DNA of 64,000 nt from Raja brachyura (taxonomy: Eukaryota), in assembly GCA_963514005.1 (NCBI GenBank), contig OY740811.1, positions 18,600,001 to 18,664,000 of the forward strand. Reading direction: 5' to 3'. A program made the translations under genes and the position numbers. The notes under the pieces are model-generated. The model saw only the letters and a list, made by a program, of their open reading frames with translations, was not told the DNA's origin and did not search any database. Shown here one piece after another: positions 1 through 10,900 of this stretch (position 1 is the stretch's first letter; the number at the start of each line of letters is the position of its first letter).

Positions 1-1187
1 CCTCTCCCATAGAGTCTCCTCATTTTGAGACTATCATCGGGGCAAACAAGCATCTGCTGATCCTTTGTACACATTTGGTCTAGTAGACCTGATAGATTTG
101 CTAACCTTGTTATGCACAACTTACATGAACAATATTTCTCTTCAGAACGCATCACATACTCAAGTAGATGAGACCTGGTTCCAGCTCCCTCCATCTTGTT
201 CACTGTTCTGCCCATCACTTCACTTATTTCCTCTTGCCCCATATTTGCTGATGTAGGTTTCCTCTCACTGCTGTCATTGGTCCTGATCCCTTCACATGAA
301 TCGCCATCACTCTCTCCTCAATAAAATCCCAACTTTGTAAAATACCAGCCTGATACCAAGTGACAGAATTACTACAAAATCCATGTCTATATTTCCTGGT
401 CCTCCTCATGACAATCCCTCCTCCTGAAATCCTGAATCATGTCTGGCAGAATACGCGAATGACTCTTAAGTGAGTCACTTAAGTGCTGTCAGAGGACCGG
501 AGAAAGGCAGAAGTTACTCCTTTGTTGAAAAGAGGTCCAAAGATGATCCGAAACATGACAGGCCTTTACGATGAATCAACACCACACATGAAGTTGATAA
601 GAGTACTTTAGTTGCCTTCTAACACAATCAGTTCAATCAGAACATCAGTATAGAAAGTAAGAATTAGGAGCAGGAGTCAGAGATGTGGCCATTTGAACTA
701 GCAATCTTCAGGTCCATTTACCAGCACTATCAACATATTGTGGAATGTCCCGTAGAAAGGTTGGTTCTAGTACGAAGAATGGTCCCGACAAGAAACATCA
801 CCGATTCATGATTCCCAGAGATGATGCCTGACACGATCAGTTACTCAAGCACTATGTTTCTAATATTTGTAATCCAATATCCGCTGTACTTTGTATTCCT
901 AGTCTTTGCAATTTCTTCTCATGCGGCTAAATCACAATTTCTGCTGTCTTTCCCGTGAATCTGTTTCGCATTCCCTCCATGGCATGGACATATTTTGTTT
1001 CTTTAATAAGCTGATAACTACAAGCAACTCTCGAGGTTCAGTCGCACTGAAGTGCCTATAATCTGTTGTGGCAGTTTTTTTAACTTGGTTATTATGTAGC
1101 GGACATTAAAACATACTGGATGACGCTCGTAAGAGCTTTTATATTGCTGTTAACATTGCCTTCTTATAATGGGAGTGATGTACTCAC

Positions 1188-1931
1188 CAGGAGGTTCGGT
1201 AACTTGACCTGAAAGGAGAAACAAACAATTCAGTTAATTATCATTTGAAACATGTTGAGCTCAAATGATTGGCGGCAAATATCTGCCCCATCTGTGCAAA
1301 AGTCTGCGCACCACACGTTGAGCTCATCAATCACAACAGAAGTCATAGACCCTGAGAAGAGTTAGCCACCCTCCATCTAAATGTGAAAGAAGGAAGAGTG
1401 TTTAAAGTGGGGACGATTTTACTATTGGAACGTCTGAAAACAGAGGGACAGGGAGAAGGTGGCTAAGCAAAAGGTGAGTGTTATTACAGCCAGTTTTATA
1501 AGCTCCACTCGTAATTCAGTAGCTAATAATCACAAATGTTTTTTACAATTGTCTCATACTCACAAAAGGAATCGGGGCAGGTGAATCGTATTCTGTAATC
1601 TTGACATGCCCGATCAGGTTGGTTGCTGTTCATACAAAAGAATCCAGTAGAAACGTTGCAACTGTTGAGTAGAATGTAGGGAGGTGTGAAACCACTGATG
1701 CACTTTGAATGAAATAACAGAAGTGCTATAATATGGCTGGCTCTATTTTGTACCTGGCAATGTTCTCTCCAGTCTGTGAGGCTGGAATCCCTGACGTTGT
1801 CTCCACCTCACAGGCAATTGGATCCGTGCAGATCTGACCAGGATTCTCATTTCGCAGATGGGGGAAGACTTCATAATCTCCAAATCCTGATGGGTTATCA
1901 CGGTCAAACCACGCAGTTTTGCAATCCCCTA
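1188..1931 (-). CDS. CysD module 1: exons A 1754-1931, B 1564-1661, C 1188-1208
   Basis: GT-AG exons; translation VGDCKTAW...ENIA/SCNVS...NSNQPDRAC...SF/CQVTEPP. Confidence 0.88.
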
Positions 1932-4900
1932 CTGAAGAGCAGAAAGAGAAAGTAGATTCAATGTGAACATTGGGTCTGATGGATTGACAAAATGTTGTAG
2001 CAAATTAGCTCGGCAGGTCGCATCTCTAGAGGAATGAAATAGGTGACGGTTCATGTCGAGACCATTCATCAAACTGAGAGACAGGTGAGAGAGAAATCAG
2101 AGGTTTGAAAATGTACAGAACAAATCAGAGCCTGCACTAATGGCCAAAGAGCCCACATGGTTCTTTGTTGACTTTGGAGGAGATAATAACGAGTGGATAC
2201 AAACAGTAAAACTAGCAGGGTTACACAAAAAGGTGGAGAAACTCAGCGGGTGAGCGGCATCTAAGGGGCGAAGGAGATAGGCGACGTTTCGGGTCGAGAC
2301 CCTTCTTCAGACTGGTCAGGCATCAGGGAAACGAGAGATATAAACAGTGATGTGGAGAGATAAAGAGAGTTGGAGGGAAGGGGGTATCACAGAGGGCGAG
2401 CAGTTAGAGAGGAGGTTGTGAAACAGTCTTCGTAGGGAGGAGGAGAACTTCTTCAAAGTAGGCATACCTTGAGGAGATATCGCAGTGGAGTGGACAAAGT
2501 GTTAAAGAAGGAACTGCAGATGCTGGAGAATCGAGGGATACACAAAAAGCTGGAGAAACTCAGCGGGTGCAGCAGCATCTAAGGGGCGAAGGAGATAGGC
2601 GATGTTTCGGGTCGAGACCCTTCTTCAGACTGGTCAGGGATCAGGGAAACGAGAGATATAAACAGTGATGTGGAGAGATAAAGAGAGTTGGAGGGAAGGA
2701 TGATTGTGGCACGTGAGGGATGAAGGGAGAACGAATGCAAGGGTTACTTTAATTTAAAATAACCAATATTCATAATGCTGGGTTGTAAGCTGAGCAAGCG
2801 AAATATGAGGTGCTGTTCCTCTAATTTGCGTGTGTCCAAACTCTGACAGTGGAGGTGGACCAGGACAGAACGAGTCTGTCTCCACTATATGAATGCTTTT
2901 CTGTCCTGTGCTGCTTCCACTGTGAGAGTAAGGCCTTATGCAAAAAGGAGTAACAGCGCCTCATATTTCAGTTGTGTATCTTACAATCCAATGGTATGCA
3001 TATTAATATTTCTAATTTCATGCAATCTTCGCCTTCCACCTCTCTCCGTCTCTTCTCCTCCTTACTTGACCGATGAGGTTTATTATTGTGGGCTCTTTTG
3101 CCATCGGTGCCAGATCTGATTTGTTCTGTACCTTTTCATACCTCTAGTTTCCCTCTCCCCTGTCTCTCGGAATAAAGACAGGTTTTGAACCTAAACGCCA
3201 TCTATTCCAGCTCCTTCCACCTTGTTCACTGTCCTCCCATAACTTCACTTATTTTTTCTTGCCCAATATTTGCTGATGTAGGTGACTGTTTCCTCTCACT
3301 GCTGTCATTGGTCCTGACACCTTCAGATGAATCGCCATCACTCTCTCCTCAATAAAATCCCAACTTTCTAAAATATCAGCCTGACACCAAGTCACAGAAT
3401 TACAACAAAATCCATGTCTATTTTTTCTGGTCCTCCTCATGACAATCCCACCTGCACTCCTGAATCATGCCTGGCAGATTACTCAAATGAGTCTTAAGTG
3501 AGTCTCTTTCCTCACATGAACAAGTGCTGTCAGTGGACCGGAGAAACGCAGACGTTACTCCTTTGTTGAAGAGAGGGGAAAAGGTGATGGCAAAACCGAC
3601 AGGCCTTTACGATAAATTAACACCACACATGAAGTTGATAAGAGTACTTTAGTTGCCTTCTAACACATAAATCAGAACATCAGTAAAGAAAGTAAGAATT
3701 AGGAGCAGGAGTCACAGATATGGCGATTTGAATTAGCAATCTTCGACTTCAGGTCCATTTACCAGCACTATCAACATATTGTTGAATGTCCAGTAGAAAC
3801 ATTGGTTCTAGTCTGAAGAATGGTCCTCACTAGAAACATCACCTATTCAAGATTCCCAGAGATGATGCCTGACACGATCAGTTACTCAAGCACTTTGTTT
3901 CTTATATTTGTAATCCAATATCCGCTGTACTTTGTATTCCTAGTCTTTGCAATTTCTTCTCATGCGGCTAAATCACAATTTCTGCTGTCTTTCCCGTGAA
4001 TCTGTGTCGCATTCCCTCCATGGCATGGACATATTTTGTTTCCTTAATAAGCTGATAACTACAAGCAACTCTCGAGGTTCAGTCGCACTGAAGTGCCTAT
4101 AGTCTGTTGTGGCAATTTTTTTAACTTGGTTATTATGTAGCGGACATTAAAACATACTGGATGACGCTCGTAAGAGCTTTTATATTGCTGTTAACATTGC
4201 CTTCTTATAATGGGAGTGATGTACTCACCAGGAGGTTCGGTAACTTGACCTGAAAGGAGAAACAAACAATTCAGTTAATAATCATTTGAAACATGTTGAG
4301 CTCAAATGATTGGCGGCAAATATCTGCCCCATCTGTGCAAAAGTCTGCGCACCACACGTTGAGCTCATCAATCACAACAGAAGTCATAGACCCTGAGAAG
4401 AGGCAGCCACCCTCCATCTAAATGGACTGTGAAAAAAGGAAGAGTGTTTAAAGTGGGGACGATTTTACTATTGGAAAGTCTGGAAACAGAGGGACAGGAA
4501 GAAGGTGGCTAAGCAAAAGGTGAGTGTTATAACAGCCAGTGTTATAAGCTCCACTCATAATTCAGTAGCTAATATTCACAAATGATTTTTTACAATTGTC
4601 TCATACTCACAAAAGGAATCGGGGCAGGTGAATCGTATTCTGTAATCTTGACATGCGCGATCAGGTTGGTTGCTGTTCATACAAAAGAATCCAGTAGAAA
4701 CGTTGCAACTGTTGAGTAGAATGTAGGGAGGTGTGATAAAGTAGTTGATAAAACCACTGATGCACTTTGAATGAAATAATAGAAGTGCTATAATATGGCT
4801 GGCTCTATTTTGTACCTGGCAATGTTCTCTCCAGTCTGTGAGGCTGGAATCCCTGACGTTGTCTCCACCTCACAGGCAATTGGATCCGTGCAGATCTGAC

Positions 4901-7900
4901 CAGGATTCTCATTTCGCAGATGGGGGAAGACTTCATAATCTCCAAATCCTGATGGGTTATCACGGTCAAACCACGCAGTTTTGCAATCCCCTGCTGAAGA
5001 GCAGAAAGAGAAAGTAGATTCAATGTGAACATTGGGTCTGATGGATTGACAAAATGTTGTAGCAAATTAGCTCGGCAGGTCGCATCTCTAGGGGAATGAA
5101 ATAGGTGACGGTTCATGTCGAGACCATTCATCAAACTGAGAGACAGGTGAGAGAGAAATTAGAGGTTTGAAAATGTACAGAACAAATCAGAGCCTGCACT
5201 AATGGCCAAAGAGCCCACATGGTTCTTTGTTGACTTTGGAGGAGGTAATAACGAGGGGATACAAACAGTAAAACTAGCAGGATGATTGTGGCAGGTGAGG
5301 GATGAAGAGAGAAGGAATGCAAGGGTTACTTTAATTTAAAATAATCAATATTCATAATGCTGGGTTGTAAGCTGAGCAAGCGAAATATGAGGTGCTGTTC
5401 CTCTAATTTGCGTGTGTCCGAACTCTGACAGTGGAGGTGGCCCAGGACAGAACGAGTCTGTCTCCACTATATGAATGCTTTTCTCTCCTGTGCCGCTTCC
5501 ACTGTGAGAGTAAGGCCTTATGCAAATTGGAGTAACAGCACCTCATATTTCAGTTGTGTATCTTACAACCCAATGGTATGCATATTAATATTTCTAATTT
5601 CATGTAATCTTCGCCTTCCACCTCTCTCCGTCTCTTCTCCTCCTTACTTGACCGATGAGGTTTATTATTGTGGGCTCTTTTGTCATCGGTGCCAGATCTG
5701 ATTTGTTCTGTACCTTTTCATACCTCCAGTTTCCCTCTCCCCTGTCTCTCGGAATAAAGACAGGTTTCGAACCTAAACGCCATCTATTCCAGCTCCCTCC
5801 ACCTTGTTCACTGTCCTCCCATAACTTCACTTATTTCCTCTTGCCCAATATTTGCTGATGTAGGTGACTGTTTCCTCTCACTGCTGTCATTGGTCCTGAC
5901 CCCTTCAGATGAATCGCCATCACTCTCTCCTCAATAAAATCCCAACTTTCTAAAATATCAGCCTGATACCAAGTCACAGAATTACAACAAAATCCATGTC
6001 TATTTTTTCTGGTCCTCCTCATGACAATCCCACCTGCACTCCTGAATCATGCCTGGCAGATTACTCAAATCAGTCTTAAGTGAATCTCTTTCCTCACATG
6101 AACAAGTGCAGTCAGAGGACCGGAGAAACGCAGAAGTTGCTCTTTGCAATTTCCTAGTCTTTGCAATTTCTTCTCATGCGGCTAAATCACAATTTCTGCT
6201 GTCTTTCCCGTGAATCTTTCGCATTCCCTCCATGGCATGGACATATTTTGTTTCCTTAATAAGCTGATAACTACAAGCAACTCTCGAGGTTCAGTTGCAC
6301 TGAAGTGCCTATAATCTGTTGTGGCAGTTTTTTTAACTTGGTTATTATGTAGCGGACATTAAAACATACTGGATGACGCTCGTAAGAGCTTTTATATTGC
6401 TGTTAACATTGCCTTCTTATAATGGGAGTGATGTACTCACCAGGAGGTTCGGTAACTTGACCTGAAAGGAGAAACAAACAATTCAGTTAACTATCATTTG
6501 AAACATGTTGAGCTCAAATGATTGGCGGCAAATATCTGCCCCATCTGTGCAAAAGTCTGCGCACCACACGTTGAGCTCATCAATCACAACAGAAGTCATA
6601 GACCCTGAGAAGAGGCAGCCACCCTCCATCTAAATGGACTGTGAAAGAAGGAAGAGTGTTTAAAGTGGGGACGATTTTACTATTGGAAAGTCTGGAAACA
6701 GAGGGACAGGAAGAAGGTGGCTAAGCAAAAGGTGAGTGTTATTACAGCCAGTGTTATAAGCTCCACTCATAATTCAGTAGCTAATATTCACAAATGATTT
6801 TGTACAATTGTGTCATACTCACAAAAGGAATCGGGGCAGGTGAATCGTATTCTGTAATCTTGACATGCGCGATCAGGTTGGATGCTGTTCATACAAAAGA
6901 ATCCAGTAGAAACGTTGCAACTGTTGAGTAGAATGTAGGGAGGTGTGATAAAGTAGTTGATAAAACCACTTTGAATGAAATAATAGAAGTGCTATAATAT
7001 GGCTGGCTCTATTTTGTACCTGGCAATGTTCTCTCCAGTCTGTGAGGCTGGAATCCCTGACGTTGTCTCCACCTCACAGGCAATTGGATCCGTGCAGATC
7101 TGACCAGGATTCTCATTTCGCAGATGGGGGAAGACTTCATAATCTCCAAATCCTGATGGGTTATCACGGTCAAACCACGCAGTTTTGCAATCCCCTACTG
7201 AAGAGCAGAAAGAGAAAGTAGATTCAATGTGAACATTGGGTCTGATGGATTGACAAAATGTTGTAGCAAATTAGCTCGGCAGGTCGCATCTCTAGGGGAA
7301 TGAAATAGGTGACGGTTCATGTCGAGACCATTCATCAAACTGAGAGACAGGTGAGAGAGAAATCAGAGGTTTGAAAATGTACAGAACAAATCAGAGCCTG
7401 CACTAATGGCCAAAGAGCCCACATGGTTCTTTGCTGACTTTGGAGGAGGGAATTACGAGGGGATACAAACAGTAAAACTAGCAGGATGATTGTGGCAGGT
7501 GAGGGATGAAGAAAGAAGGAATGCAATGGTTACTTTAATTTAAAATTATGTATATTCATAATGCTGGGTTGTAAGCTGAGCAAGCGAAATATGAGGCTGT
7601 TCCTCTAATTTGCGTGTATCCGAACTCTGACAGTGGAGGTGGCCCAGGACAGAACGAGTCTGTCTCCACTATTTGAATGCTTTTCTGTCCTGTGCCCCTT
7701 CCACCGTGAGAGTAAGGCCTTATGCAAATTGGAGTAACAGCACCTCATATTTCAGTTGTGTATCTTACAACCCAATGGTATGCATATTAATATTTCTAAT
7801 TTCATGTAATCTTCGCCTTCCACCTCTCTCCGTCTCTTCTCCTCCTTACTTGACCGATGAGGTTTATTATTGTGGGCTCTTTTGTCATCGGTGCCAGATC

Positions 7901-10900
7901 TGATTTGTTCTGTACCTTTTCACACCTCCAGTTTCCCTCTCCCCTGTCTCTCGGAATAAAGACAGGTTTCGAACCTAAACGCCATCTATTCCAGCTCCCT
8001 CCACCTTGTTCACTGTCCTCCCATAACTTCACTTATTTCCTCTTGCCCAATATTTGCTGATGTAGGTGACTGTTTCCTCTCACTGCTGTCATTGGTCCTG
8101 ACCCCTTCAGATGAATCGCCATCACTCTCTCCTCAATAAAATCCCAACTTTGTAAAATATCAGCCTGATACCAAGTCACAGAATTACAACAATATCCATG
8201 TCTATTTTTTCTGGGCCTCCTCATGACAATCCCACCTGCACTCCTGAATCATGCCTGGCAGATTACTCAAATAAGTCTTAAGTGAGTCTCTTTCCTCACA
8301 TGAACAAGTGCTGTCAGAGGACCGGAGAAACGCAGAAGTTACTCCTTTGTTGAAGAGAAGGGCAAAGGTGATTGCAAAATCGACAGGCCTTTACATAAAT
8401 TAACACCACACATGAAGTTGATAAGAGTACTTTAGTTGCCTTCTAACACATAAATCAGAACATCAGTAAAGAAACTAAGAATTAGGAGCAGGAGTCAAAG
8501 ATATGGCCATTTGAATTAGCAATCTTCGACTTCAGGTCCATTTACCAGCACTATCAACATATTGTTGAATATTCAATAGAAACGTTGGTTCTAGTCCGAA
8601 GAATGGTCCCGACTAGAAACATCACCTATTCAAGATTCCCAGAGATGATGCCTGACACGATCAGTTACTCAAGCACTTTGTTTCTTATATTTGTAATCCA
8701 ATATCCGCTGTACTTTGTATTCCTAGTCTTTGCAATTTCTTCTCATGCTGCTAAATCACAATTTCTGCTGTCTTTCCCGTGAATCTGTGTCGCATTCCCT
8801 CCATGGCATGGACATATTTTGTTTCCTTAATAAGCTGATAACTACAAGCAACTCTCGAGGTTCAGTCGCACTGAAGTGCCTATAGTCTGTTGTGGCAATT
8901 TTTTTAACTTGGTTATTATGTATCGGACATTAAAACATACTGGATGACGCTCGTAAGAGCTTTTATATTGCTGTTAACATTGCCTTCTTATAATGGGAGT
9001 GATGTACTCACCAGGAGGTTCGGTAACTTGACCTGAAAGGAGAAACAAACAATTCAGTTAATAATCATTTGAAACATGTTGAGCTCAAATGATTGGCGGC
9101 AAATATCTGCCCCATCTGTGCAAAAGTCTGCGCACCACACGTTGAGCTCATCAATCACAACAGAAGTCATAGACCCTGAGAAGAGGCAGCCACCCTCCAT
9201 CTAAATGGACTGTGAAAGAAGGAAGAGTGTTTAAAGTGGGGACGATTTTACTATTGGAAAGTCTGGAAACAGAGGGACAGGAAGAAGGTGGCTAAGCAAA
9301 AGGTGAGTGTTATTACAGCCAGTGTTATAAGCTCCACTCATAATTCAGTAGCTAATATTCACAAATGATTTTGTACAATTGTGTCATACTCACAAAAGGA
9401 ATCGGGGCAGGTGAATCGTATTCTGTAATCTTGACATGCGCGATCAGGTTGGATGCTGTTCATACAAAAGAATCCAGTAGAAACGTTGCAACTGTTGAGT
9501 AGAATGTAGGGAGGTGTGATAAAGTAGTTGATAAAACCACTTTGAATGAAATAATAGAAGTGCTATAATATGGCTGGCTCTATTTTGTACCTGGCAATGT
9601 TCTCTCCAGTCTGTGAGGCTGGAATCCCTGACGTTGTCTCCACCTCACAGGCAATTGGATCCGTGCAGATCTGACCAGGATTCTCATTTCGCAGATGGGG
9701 GAAGACTTCATAATCTCCAAATCCTGATGGGTTATCACGGTCAAACCACGCAGTTTTGCAATCCCCTACTGAAGAGCAGAAAGAGAAAGTAGATTCAATG
9801 TGAACATTGGGTCTGATGGATTGACAAAATGTTGTAGCAAATTAGCTCGGCAGGTCGCATCTCTAGGGGAATGAAATAGGTGACGGTTCATGTCGAGACC
9901 ATTCATCAAACTGAGAGACAGGTGAGAGAGAAATCAGAGGTTTGAAAATGTACAGAACAAATCAGAGCCTGCACTAATGGCCAAAGAGCCCACATGGTTC
10001 TTTGCTGACTTTGGAGGAGGGAATTACGAGGGGATACAAACAGTAAAACTAGCAGGATGATTGTGGCAGGTGAGGGATGAAGAAAGAAGGAATGCAATGG
10101 TTACTTTAATTTAAAATTATGTATATTCATAATGCTGGGTTGTAAGCTGAGCAAGCGAAATATGAGGCTGTTCCTCTAATTTGCGTGTATCCGAACTCTG
10201 ACAGTGGAGGTGGCCCAGGACAGAACGAGTCTGTCTCCACTATTTGAATGCTTTTCTGTCCTGTGCCCCTTCCACCGTGAGAGTAAGGCCTTATGCAAAT
10301 TGGAGTAACAGCACCTCATATTTCAGTTGTGTATCTTACAACCCAATGGTATGCATATTAATATTTCTAATTTCATGTAATCTTCGCCTTCCACCTCTCT
10401 CCGTCTCTTCTCCTCCTTACTTGACCGATGAGGTTTATTATTGTGGGCTCTTTTGTCATCGGTGCCAGATCTGATTTGTTCTGTACCTTTTCACACCTCC
10501 AGTTTCCCTCTCCCCTGTCTCTCGGAATAAAGACAGGTTTCGAACCTAAACGCCATCTATTCCAGCTCCCTCCACCTTGTTCACTGTCCTCCCATAACTT
10601 CACTTATTTCCTCTTGCCCAATATTTGCTGATGTAGGTGACTGTTTCCTCTCACTGCTGTCATTGGTCCTGACCCCTTCAGATGAATCGCCATCACTCTC
10701 TCCTCAATAAAATCCCAACTTTGTAAAATATCAGCCTGATACCAAGTCACAGAATTACAACAATATCCATGTCTATTTTTTCTGGGCCTCCTCATGACAA
10801 TCCCACCTGCACTCCTGAATCATGCCTGGCAGATTACTCAAATAAGTCTTAAGTGAGTCTCTTTCCTCACATGAACAAGTGCTGTCAGAGGACCGGAGAA

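Larger units (their letters stand above)
2220..2696 (-). mobile_element. 477-bp non-autonomous Penelope/retrozyme-like insertion: 1.5 copies of a ~318-bp monomer with two hammerhead motifs
   Basis: Absent from sister units (empty site actagcaggatgattgtgg at ~5272). ~160-bp direct repeats at ~2220-2381 and ~2537-2699, flanked by AGG on both sides. Confidence 0.75.

Noticed and set aside
2889-3440. Recurrent 60-150 aa ORFs (MNAFLSC..., MRRTRK..., MVLVRR..., MYTFGL...) as a small-protein family
   Set aside because: They lie in decayed TE or intron sequence, recur only because the unit is duplicated, and gain and lose stops between copies.
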